Shown: one piece after another, positions 24,047 to 35,220 of the stretch
Position numbering within the stretch: the stretch's first letter is position 1
How the letters are laid out: every line of letters begins with the position of its first letter
Source: Mobula hypostoma
Lineage: Eukaryota
Direction of reading: 5' to 3'
Assembly: GCF_963921235.1 (NCBI RefSeq)
Contig: NC_086097.1
Span: forward strand, 31,870,001 to 31,934,000
Length of the DNA: 64,000 nucleotides
Program-made: the position numbers and the translations under genes
Notes under the pieces: generated by a model
What the model was told of the DNA's origin: nothing
The model's input: only the letters and a program-made list of their open reading frames with translations
Database searches by the model: none

Positions 24047-25924
24047 GAGGTTACAACAGGATCAGGATTAACTGGGAAAGTGGCCAAGGAAATGGATGAT
24101 GGGATTTAACTTGGACAAGTGTGAAGTGGCAGGGACCCTCTGGTGTTGTGTTGAGCAGAGACTTCGTGCTACATAGAACAGTACAGCCAAGTACAGGTCC
24201 TTTGGCCCATGATGTGCCAACTTTCAACCTTCACTCCCACACGGCCCTCCATTTTTCTTTCATCCATGTGCCTATCTAAGAGTTTCTTAAATGTCCCTAA
24301 CGTATCTGCCTCTACCACCACCCCCAGCAGCACGTTCCAGGGAAAAAAAAACTCCCTGTGAGATCCACCCCGCCCCCCACATACTTTCCTCCAATCATCT
24401 TAAGGTTGTGCTCCCTCATGTTAGCTGTTTCCACTTTGGGAAAACGTCTCTGGCTATCCACTTGATCTATGCCTCTTTAACATCTTGTACACCTCTATCG
24501 TTCTCCTCCCCACTTAGAGAAGCCCTAGATCACTCAACCTTTCCTCATAAGACATGCTCTCTAATCCAGGCAGCTTCCTGGTAAATCTCCTCTGCACCCT
24601 CTTTAAAGATTCCTCGCCCTTCCTGCAGTGAAGTGACCGGAACTGAACACAATGTTGATCAGAGAAAGCCATGACTAACATTAGGGAAACTGGGTCAAAC
24701 GTGGGCACATGAGACTGGATTATATGGGCATCTTGGTCAGCATGGCCCTGTTTCTGTACTGTGTGGCTCTCCATGACATGAGCTCTGCTATTCGAAGGAA
24801 CGAATGTATGTATTTATGTTGGATTTTTGAATTTAGTAATGATATGGGAATTTGTTTGTATGTGAGGAGTGGCTGTGAGTCAGTCAAGTTTACATCACTG
24901 ACATATGCGGCAAAATTAGTTTAGTGACAGCAGGGCAGTGCGATACATGAAATTACTATCTGTTGTAATACTGACTACTGGGGAGGCGTGTTAGTGTAAC
25001 ATTATTATAACAGCAGCCATAAGGTCAGGGTTTAATTCCTGCCACTGCCTGTAAGGACTTTGTACATCCTTCCCATAACCATGTGAATTTCCTCTTGGTG
25101 CTCCAGTTTCCTCCCAGATTCCAAAGCTTAATAAATTGTGGACATGGTATGTTGATGCTGGAAGCACGGTGACTCTTGTGGGCTGCCCCCAGCACATCCT
25201 CGGATGGCGTTGGTCGTTGACACAAATGACGCATTTCACTGTTTCGAGGTTTCAATGTAGATGTGACAAATAAAGCTAATCTTTAATGAAAGAGTGTAAA
25301 AGAGGAACAGTGAGGCAGTGTTCATTGTCCATTCAGAAATCTGATGGCAGAGGGGAAGAAGCTGTTCCTGAAATATTGAATGTGAGCCTTCAGGCTCCTG
25401 TACCTCCTCTCTGATGGCGTTCACTGGGAGAACGTACCAACTTATTGCAGGCAGTGGCAGGAAGTTATGAGAGGCGTGGATAGTGCAGAGAGTCACAGCC
25501 ATTTTCCAAGGTGTAAATGTACTAGAGGGCAAAGCTTTAAGGTGAGAGAGAGAGCAAAGTTTGTAAGAGATTTACGAGGCAAGTGTTTTTTTTTCAGAAA
25601 ACAGGTAGTGGTAGGTGCGTTGAACAGGCTGCCAGGGGAAGTAGATACAATCGCAACTTTTAAGACGTATTTGGACAGACACAGGAACAGGCAGGGAACG
25701 GGGAGATATGGACTGTGTGCAGACAAATGGATTAGTTAGATTGATGTGAGGGTTGGTACAGACATGGGCTGGCCTGTTCCTGAGCTGTATTGTTCTATAT
25801 TTAAAGACTTCCACAGGTCAGGAATGTGATGGGACACTTTCCTGGGTTAGTTAACCTCCAAAAACACTCAGTAAACTCAACACCATCCAGGACAAAGTAG
25901 CCCACTTGATCAGTATCCTGTCCA

Positions 25925-26582
25925 TCCCCCTAAAATCTCCCTCTGTCCTCCCTAAATACTCCCTCCCTTCTCCTTCCCAATCCCCTAAACTCTCCCTCCC
26001 TCCACCCTAAACTCCCTTCCCCCACCCTAAAATCTCACTCTCACCACCTTAAACACCCCTCATCACCTTAAACACCCCTCCCACAACATTAAACACTCCT
26101 CTATCCCTAAACTCCCCTTCCCACCACCTTAAACACCCCTCTATCCCTGAACTCCCCCTCCCATCACCTTAAACACCCCCTGTCCCTAAACTCCCCCTCC
26201 CACCACATGAAACACCCCTCTATCCCCAAATTCCCCCCCATCACCTTAAACACCTCCCGTCCCCAAACTCCCCCTCCCATCACCTTAAACACCTCCCGTC
26301 CCCAAACTCCCCCTCCCATTACCTTAAACACCCCTCTATCCCCAAACTCCCCCTCTCATCACCTTAAACGCCCCTCTATCCCTGAACTTCCCCTCCCATC
26401 ACCTTAAACACCTCCCATCCCCAAATTCCCCCTCCCACCACCTTAAACACCCCCTGTTCCAAACTCCCCCTCCCACCACCTTAAACACCCCCTCTGTCCC
26501 TAAACACACCCTCCCATCACCTTTAAACACCCCTCCCACCACCTTAAATGCCCCCTCTGTCCCTAAACACCCACTCCCTAAC
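25925..26582. repeat. C-rich degenerate tandem repeat (~40-42 bp; cccatcaccttaaacacccctctatccccaaactcccct)
   Basis: Directly visible, with almost no G on the plus strand. Confidence 0.92.
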
Positions 26583-28181
26583 CAAGCAGTGGCTGCAGTG
26601 TCTGGTTCTCAGTTACTCCCCCCAGTGGTGACTCTGGGCAGTGCGGCTACTCTGCGTGTACACTGGGAGTACAGTATGTCTCTATTCCAGGGTAACTAAT
26701 GGTGAATCATTTACCCAGACCTTCATGGAAATGGCCGCTGGTTTCAATTTGATAACTGCTTGACTGCGTGCCCACAGATAACTTGTTCTTTCTGAACCCC
26801 TGATCAATCAATTGCCTGTTCCAAGAGCCTCCATTCTGAGGATGTACTGGCTATCTTGTTCTACCCGCCCTGATGTTGGAAGGATGTGCTTAAACTGGAG
26901 AGAGTGCAGAGAAGATCCTCCTGAGTTGTACGGGAAGGTCGAAATGGTTCGGACTTTATTCTGTAGAACGTAGAAGACTGAGGGGAGATTTGATAGAGCT
27001 ATACAAAATTATGAGGGGTCTAGTTAGATAGATACTTTATTGATCCCAAAGGAAGTTACAGTGTCATAGTAGCATCACAAATGCACAGATATACAACTGT
27101 TAGAAGAGAAATTAGAAAGAATAAAAAAATGTTACCTGAAACGGTCTAACAGGAGTGGCGTCATCACTTCCCCGACTATAGGTGGACTCATTATAGGGTT
27201 AAATGGGGTAAATACAAGCAGGCTTTTCCACTGAGGTTGGGTGAGAGTACAACTAAAGCTCACAGAGGTCATAGATTATGAGTGGAAGGTGAAGTAGTTA
27301 AGGGGTACATGAAGAATTTCTTCATTCAGAGGATGGTGCAAGTGTGGAACGAGCAGCCAGCGGAAGTGGTAGATGTGGGTTTCAGTGCACCATTGAAGAG
27401 AAGTTTGGATAGGTACACGAATGGGAGGGATACGGAGGGCTGTGGTCCAGGTGCAGGTCGATGGGACTAGGCAGAATAACAGTTTGGCATGGACTAGATG
27501 GGCCGAAGGGCCTGTTTCTGTGCTATATAACTCTGAGGATGTTGTCAGGTCTGAGTTATAGGGAGAAGTTGTCCAGGTTAGATCTTTATTCCTTGGTACA
27601 TTGGAGAATAAGGGGCAAATTTATATAATTATGAGAGGCCTAGAAAGGGGGACAGTCGCAGTCTTTACTCCAGGCTAGACCAATGTCCAATTTATGGCAT
27701 AGGTTTAGAGTGAGAGGGGAAAGAATTAAAAGGAACATCTTTTCCACTCAGTATATGGAATGAGCTGCCAGAGGAAATGGTTGAGGCAGGTACAATAGTT
27801 TCATTTAAAAAGCACTTGGACAGGTACATGGAAGGTTGGGGCGAGATGGAATATGGGCCATATGCAGGGAATTAGAACCAGCTGTGTAGGCACGGTGGCT
27901 TGCATAGACTCATTGGGCTGAAGGGCCTGTGTCCTTGCTGTATTGCTCTAGGTCTCTACCAGGCCCACTCCCCCTGTTGGGAAGGCGAGGGGAGTGAGGG
28001 TGGGCTGCTGGTGATGTGAGAATTCTTCCAGATGTGGGTGAAGCATAAAACTCTGGAGGAACTTGACAGGTTAGTCAGCATCAGTGGAGGGCGGTGGACT
28101 GCTGACATTCTGGGCCAAGATCCTTTAAGTGTACGGGAAGATTAGAGGGGAAATGGTTGGTGGAAAGAGGGTTGAGAGACT

Positions 28182-28726
28182 AACTCAGTGGCAACTTTAT
28201 TAAGTACACTTATGCAAATATCTAATCAGCCAATCATGTGGCAGCAACTGAATGCATAAAAGCATGCAGATGTCAGTGTTCAACTGTTATTCATACCAAA
28301 CATCAGAATGGCAAGAAATGTGACTTTGACTGTGGAATGATTGTTGGTGCCAGGCAAAGTGGTTTGAGTACCTCAGAAAATGTTGATCATCTGGGATTTT
28401 CATACATAACAATCCCTAGAGTTTACAGAGGATGGTGCAAAAAACAAAACAAAAACATCCAGTGAGCGACAGTTCTGTGGACAAAAAGGGCCTTGGTAAT
28501 GAGAGAGGCCGGAGGAAAATGGCCAGACTGGTTCAAGCTAACAGGAAGGTGACAACAATTCAAATAACCATGGGTTACAATAACGTTGTGCAGAAGAGCA
28601 CCTCTGAATACACAAAACGCTAAACTGTGAAGTGAACGGGCTGCAGGAGCAGGGGACCATGAACGTACACCGAGTGGCCACTTCATGAGGTAGAGGTGGT
28701 ACCTAACGAAGTGGTTAGTGAGTGTA
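28182..28726 (+). mobile_element. Internally deleted Tc1/mariner DNA transposon
   Basis: Imperfect TIRs actcagtggcaactttattaagtac / gtacctaacgaagtggttagtgagtgta. Tc1 N-terminal HTH remnant DFDCGMIVGARQSGLSTSENVDHLGFSYITIPRVYRGW and ERGRRKMARLVQANRKVT. Confidence 0.85.
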
Positions 28727-30369
28727 TGATGAAATAAAAGGGAGATAGCTGATACAGGGAACAAAGGGGAGAGGAGGTGGTGCAGGAACTGGCGAGTGAT
28801 GGGTGGAGCCAGGTGAGGGGTTGGGGGTACGCAGATGCGGAGGAGAGAGTTGGACATAGCAACTGAGTCCAGATGATAAAGAGCTGAAGATGGTGGGATC
28901 TGATAGCAGGTAGGGGGGAGGGGGGTATGGAGAGGGCTAGCTTTGTAGACTGAGATACTGTGTGGAGTCCATGGCTTGTATAGTGGGCTTTCAACAGTGG
29001 TGCATGCTGGGAAACCTGGCCTCCATTAGCCCCTGACTAACTCCCTGCATACTTCAAGCCTCTCTCTTGCACCCTTGTCTTAGCGATTGGACTAGTGGAT
29101 GGTGCACCTGCGTTGTGGACCCCAGGGGCATATGTCTCATGAACTCCCATCCTCCAGTTCCCTCTCCTGTGGGAATGCTGTATGCTTGGTGATTGGAGGG
29201 GTTGCCACCCACAATTCCCGCTCAATCCCCCCTTTTCTATGGGTAGACGTGAATGATTTTCGTTAACTGAGGGATTAAGTTCAAGAGCAATGAGATAACG
29301 TTGTCAGCTCTATAAAATTCTAGTTAGACCACACTTGTGTTCATTTATGATGCTTCATTAGAGGAAGGATGTGAAAGCTTTAGAAAGGGTGCAGAGAAGA
29401 TTCACCAGGATGTTGCCTGGATTATAGAGCATGTCTTGTAAGGATAGTTTGAACGAATGAGGAGTTTTCTGTTTGGAACAAAGGAGGATGCAAGGAAATT
29501 TGAATATGAAAGAGACATCAATCAAGTGGACAGAGCGGAAATGAGGAGCATAATTCTAAGGTGATGAGAGGAAAGTCCAGATGGTATGTAAGAGATAGTA
29601 TTCTTTTCACACAGAGGTGTGTGGAACTTGCTGCCAGGGAAGGAGATACACTAGGGACACTTAAGAAACTCTTATATAGGCAGATGGATGATGGAAAAAT
29701 GGAGGGCTACATGGGAGGAAAGGGTTAGATTGATCTTGGAGTGGGTTAAAAGGTCAGCACAACATCCTGGGCCAAAGGGTCTGTTCTGTGATGTAATGTT
29801 GTATGCTCCAAGTCTTTCCCACACAGAGAGTGGTGGGAGCCTGGTAGGTGTTGCCAGGGCTGGAGGTGGCTGATACAATAGACGGGTGTCAGACAGACAC
29901 ATGGATGTGCAGAGAACGGAGTGACATTGAAATTGTTTTATTAGTAAGCATTGTACATGTCTAATTAGTTTGGCACAACATTATGGGCTGAAGACCCTGC
30001 TCCTGTGCTGTGCTGTACTGTTCTCTGTAGTACATGGTACTAGCCCAGATAGACACCTTGGGCCGAAAGGCCTGTTCCTGTGCTATGTGACTCTAGCGCT
30101 GCATTACCCTCCCCACATCATCTGTGTTCAGTGCTGTACTTCCTAATTCTGTGTTTGATGTTCTATCCCACGACTATCCTTCACACCCACTATGCCCCAC
30201 AAGGAAAGTTTCTGTACACCCCAGTGAAGGGTTTGTGGGGGGGGGGGGGTTGGATCTGCTGTGTGCAAAGGCTCACCTTTAGAGTCAGTGCAGAGGCTAT
30301 GGACAAGGTGCTGACGATCTGCCTGGCTGTCTGCCCACTCCCTCTCCGCTCCCCCTCTCCCCATACACT

Positions 30370-30840
30370 CGGGCTGTGATTTATCGCTGTCCTGTCGGCT
30401 GAACTTCGCCCCGAACATATTGGAAGTCGACTGCTGTGTCTGAAGTTCAATGCCGTTCGGGGCTCTTAGCCGACGCTCTAGGAAAGACTCGCAGAGCAGG
30501 TACACCTGCGGCTCCTGGCTACAAATGTTTCCTGTGGGTGGCGGAGTTGGGGGTGGTGGTAGAAGGGTGTGTTGGCGAGACGGGCTTCCCCCAGTGCCTT
30601 CACCCCGCGCCCTGGGGGCTCCTGGGCCGAAAGGCCTGGCTAGCGGAGCCCAGAGGCTGAGTTTGCGGGAGCTACCAGGGCACTGTGTGTCTGAATCTGA
30701 CTCCGCCTGACCCAGTTGGGGATCTTTCTGTGTGAACCACGGCTGCGGATGTGTGCACCTCCTGTAAGGACACCGGTGCGCACTGCACCACACACTTTCA
30801 TTTATAAATCACTGAGCCCAGAGCTCTTCGGGGTGTAAAG
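30370..30840 (+). promoter_or_regulatory. CpG-enriched, apparently unique segment; candidate esr2 promoter or non-coding first exon
   Basis: GC-rich with many undecayed CpGs against a CpG-poor background; no recognised repeat. Candidate donor CAG|gtacac at 30499/30500; TATA-like tttataaa at 30801-30808. The coding exon at 46654 has an acceptor, so an upstream exon is implied. Confidence 0.35.
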
Positions 30841-31004
30841 TAATTACACCAAAACATCGGCAGGTTGGGAATGGAAGCGACTGCATCACGTGCAGGCAGA
30901 CAGTTGTAGTTTAATTCGGCATCATGTTTGGCGCTTTCATCGTGGGCTGCTATATATTCTTCTTCCACGGGCAGGGTCGAGGGGGATTCAATTGGTGTTT
31001 TAGT

Positions 31005-31480
31005 GTGTGATGGGGCGGTGTAGAAGGCGCTTCACTCTGTGTCTAACCCCGGGATTACAGTATGTGACGGGATGGTGTGGAGGGAACTTCACTCTGTGTC
31101 TAAACCCGGGATTACAGTATGTGACGGGATGGTGTGGAGGGAACTTCACCCTGTGTCTAAACCCGGGATTACAGTATGTGACGGGATGGTGTGGAGGGAA
31201 CTTCACTCTGTGTCTAAACCCGGGATTACAGTATCTGACGGGATGGTGTGGAGGGAACTTCACTCTGTGTCTAAACCCAGGATTACATTATGTGACGGGA
31301 TGATGTGGAGGAGGGAACATCACTCTGTGTCTAAACCCGGGATTACGGTATGTGACGGGATGGTGTGGAGGAGGGAACATCACTCTGTGTCTGACCCTGA
31401 GAGTGTGCGATGGGAGCTTCACTCTGTGTCTGACCCTGTCAGTGTATGGTGGGTCTGTGTTGAGGGAGCTTCACTCCTGT
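31005..31480. repeat. 57-bp tandem repeat, about 8 copies
   Basis: The ttcac motif recurs at 31031, 31088, 31145, 31202 and 31259. Confidence 0.95.
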
Positions 31481-31496
31481 GAGCTGTTTTGAGCCC

Positions 31497-32022
31497 CTTA
31501 TCCAAGAAAGGATGTGCTGAATTTGGAGAGGGTTCGGAGAAGGTTCACGAGAATGGTTCCAGGAATGAATGGGTTACCATATAAGGACCAATTGTTGGCT
31601 CTGGAATTCAGAAAAATGAAGTGGGGGGGGGGTGAAATCTCATTGAAATCTATCGAATGGTGAAAGGCCTCAATAGAATGGATGTGGGGAGGATGTTTCC
31701 TGTGGTGGGGGAGTCTAGGACCAAATGACAGCCTCAGGACAGAGGGATGTCCATCTAGGATGGAAATGAGGAATTTCTTTAGCCAGAGAGCAGTGAATCT
31801 GTGGAATTCATTGCCACAGGCGGCTGTGGAGGTCAAGTCATTGGATATATTTAAGGCAGAGGTTGATAGATTCTTGACTGGTCAGGACATGAAGGGCTTT
31901 AGGAAGAAGGCAGGAAATTGGGGCTGAGAGGGAAACAGATCAGCCATGACGAAATGGTGGAACAGACTCGAAGGGCCAAATGGCCCCTAATTCTGCTCTG
32001 GTATCTTAGGGTCTCATGGTCT
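31497..32022 (+). mobile_element. CR1 3' fragment
   Basis: EMRNFFSQRAVNLWNSLPQAAVE plus 3' UTR. Confidence 0.85.
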
Positions 32023-33134
32023 TGTGTTTGACCTGTGCTATCTCTGTCCTGCTTGTAGGAGACAGTGAATCATAGAGGGGGTTTCCAAGTGCATCTAACC
32101 TGTATTTTGTTTAAACAATAAGGCAATTTTTATTTACCACATAAATGTTGTTCTTGCATGTAATCAGAGCTGGATATCATCCAGCTAATCACTGCTCGCT
32201 GCCTCCAGGTCCCATCTCATAGAGTCACAGAGCACTATAGCACACAAACAGGCCCTTCAGCCCATCTAATCCATGCAGATCTATAATTATGCCTAGTCCC
32301 ATTGGTCCACACTTACTCCACAGCCCTCCATATCCCTTCCATCCATGTTTTTATACAAACTTCCCTGAAATATCCAAATTGAACCTAAATCTTCTGCTTC
32401 CGCCGGCAGCTTGTTCCACACTTGCACCAACTTCTGAGTGAAGAAGTTCACCTTAAATATTTCAACTTTCTTCCTTAACCCATGACCTCAAGTTCTAGTT
32501 GCACCCAACCTCAATGGGAAAAAACCTCCTTGCATTTACCCTATCTATACCCCTCATAATTTTCTTTTTGTCTTTATCAAATTTATCATTCTTTTACTCT
32601 TCAGGGAAAGAAGTCCTGACTTGTTCAATCTTCCCCTATAGCTCAGGTCCTCAAGACCCCACAACATCCTTGCAAATTGTCTTTGTGCTTTTTCAATTTT
32701 ATTGATACCTTTCCCGAACAGAACTGCACATAATACTCCAAATTAGGTCTTATACAATTTCAACATTGCATCCCAACTCTGATATTCAATACCTTGAAAG
32801 CCAAAGTGCAAAAGCTATCTTTACAACCCTTTCATTTATTTACAAAGGTACATCAGCAGGGACACCAGGTAATGAGGAATGGAAGTGGAGCGTTTCACTT
32901 GGTCTGAAGTCATGAACACGAGGAACAAGTTGCTGGAGCTGTGGGTCAACCTCCCTGAGGCTTCACCCCTGGGTCTTAAAGGGAGTGGCTCGTAAGATAG
33001 TGGATGTATTGATTTTAATTTGCCCAATTTGCTCGATTCAGGGAAACAGTTTTAATTTTGGTTTATTACTGTCATGTACTGAGATACAGTGGAAAAACTT
33101 GCCTTGCATCTTGTTCAGACAGATCAATTCATAG

Positions 33135-34555
33135 TGGTGGTGCCATCCGTTAGTCTGGCGAGACCATGGATCTGCGCCTGGAAAGTCTTGCTTCAGTCTG
33201 TGCTAGAGCAGCGTCTGTTGTGGCTGTAGAGTCCCACACGGGAGTGACAGTCTCGGCTGCAGCGACTGCACTTGAAGGCGCTGTCCTCCAGTGTTGTCTT
33301 GGTGCTGTTTTCCAGGCAAGTGCGCTTTTCTTCAGCAGCAAACCTCAGCTTCTCTTCTCCTCTTTTTAGACCTCTGTGTAGTTCCAGCCTCCAGTGAGAG
33401 AGATCGCTTGCGATGTCCTCCCACCTCTCGACGTTCATGTTCAGTGACTTCACGTCTCTTTTGCAGACATCTTTGAAACGAAGATGGGGCCACCCTTGTG
33501 CTCTCTTGCCGGAGGCCAGTTCCCGATACAGCAAGTCTTTCGGGGTCCTCCCGTCTGACATGCGGTGTACGTGGCCCAGCCAGCGGAGACGGCGTTGTTG
33601 GAGCAGGGTGAAGAGGCTGGGTATCTGGGCGCAGGCCAGGACCTCATTGTTGGTGACTTGGTCAGTCCACGTGATGTCCAGGATGCGTCTCAGGCTGCGA
33701 AGGTGGAAGGCGCTGAGACGCCGCTCTTGTCTGTAGTAGAGGCTCCAGGTCTCGCTGCCGTAAAGCAGTGTGCTGAGGATGCAGGCCCTGTAGAGTGCAA
33801 CCTTGGTGTGCATCGTCAGCTCTCTGTTCTCCCAGACTCTCTTTGTTAGCCTGGCGAATGTTGAGGCTGCTCGTCCGATCCGTCTGTTGATCTCGGGGTC
33901 TGGGGAGAGACTGTCCGTGATGGTGGAGCCAAGGTATGTAAACTCATGAACTATCTCCAGCTCGTAGTTGTTGATGGTAATGGCAGGGGGGTGCTCAACG
34001 CCTTGGCCCAACACGTTGGTTTTCTTCAGGCTGATGGTCAAGCTGAAGTCCTGGCAGGCTCTTGAGAAGCTGTCCATGAGGCGTTGCAGTTGCTCTTCAG
34101 AGTGTGTTGCCAGTGCTGCGTCGTCTGCAAACATCATGTCCCTGATGAGTACTTCACGAACCTTGGTTTTCACCCTCAGCCGGGACAGACTGAACAGCCT
34201 CCCGTCCGATCTGGTGTGGGGGAAGACACCATCAGTTGATGTTCCAAAGGCGTGCTTCAGCATGACTGCGAAGAAGATGCCAAACAGGGTGGGGGCAAGC
34301 ACACAGCCCTGCCTCACACCGCTGCGGATGTTGAAGGTCTCCGAAGAAGAGCCGTCGAACTGAACGACACCCTTCATGTCTGTGTGGAATGACTGAACTA
34401 TCCTGAGGAACCTCGGGGGACAACCAATCCTGGTGAGGATTTTGAACAGGCTGTCTGTGCTCACAGGGTTGAAGGTCTTCGTGAGGTCAATGAAAGCGAC
34501 GTAGAGTGGTTGTCTTTGCTCTCTGCATTTCTCCTGTTGTAGCTGTCGGAGGGAG
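33135..34555 (-). mobile_element. 5'-truncated RTE-clade LINE; uninterrupted 423-aa RT and C-terminal ORF (34464-33193)
   Basis: GVRQGCVLAPTLFGIFF, FADDAAL, FTYLGS, LLYGSETW, RRLRWLGHVHRM, and a terminal C2HC-like motif CSRCSRDCHSRVGLYSHNRRC, all typical of RTE-clade elements. Confidence 0.92.
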
Positions 34556-34559
34556 ATTA

Positions 34560-35220
34560 TGGAAGAAGGGGAAAGGGGAGGAACACCAGGAGGAGGTGAT
34601 AGGCAGGTAAGGAGATAGGGTGAGAGAGGGAAACAGGAATGGGAATAGTGAAGAAAAGGTGGGAGGGGGGAAATTACAGGAAGTTCCAGAAATCGATGTT
34701 CATGCCATCAGGTTGGAGGCTGCCCAGACAGAATAAAAGATGTTGCCCTGAGTGTGGCCTCATCACAGCAGTAGAGGAGGCTATGGACAGACGTGTTGGA
34801 ATGGGAGGTGGAATTGAAAGGGGTGGCTACTGGGAGATCCCACTTTTTCTGGGTGCTTGGTGAAGTGGTCTGCCAGTCTGCATCTCACTGATACACAAGA
34901 GGCCACACCAGGAGCACCGGACACAGTATATGACCCCACCCTGAAATGTTGCCTCACCTGGAAGGCCTGTTTGGGGCCCTGAGTGGTAGTGAATGGAGGT
35001 GTAGGGGCAGGTGTAGCACTTGTTTTTGCTTGCAAGGATAAGAGACAGGAGGGAGATCAGTGGGGAGGGATGAGTGGATAAGGGAGTTGCGTAGGAAGTG
35101 ATCCCTGTGGAAAGCAGAGCGGGGGGGGGTGAAGGGAAAGATGTGCTTGGTGGTGGGATCCTATTTGAGATGGCAGAAGGTATGGAGAATTACGTGCTGG
35201 ATGTGGAGGCTAATGGGTGG
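34560..35220 (-). mobile_element. Penelope-like element fragment, GIY-YIG endonuclease region (frameshifted)
   Basis: Minus-strand peptide TTTQGPKQAFQVRQHF...RCRLADHF resembles the PLE motif GPKQSFQVRQHFTC..IYCIRC..LYIGET.RRLGDRF.EH. It is followed by the pyrimidine-rich tail typical of this family. Confidence 0.7.

Noticed and set aside
30143..30793. 216-aa minus-strand ORF
   Set aside because: No recognisable domain; GC-rich DNA is open in several frames here.
30887..30892. CACGTG E-box like the circadian E-box of the mammalian ESR2 promoter
   Set aside because: It appears to be part of a CR1 3' UTR remnant (cacgtgcaggcaga...gtttaattcggcatcatgtttggc), so there is no evidence of orthology.
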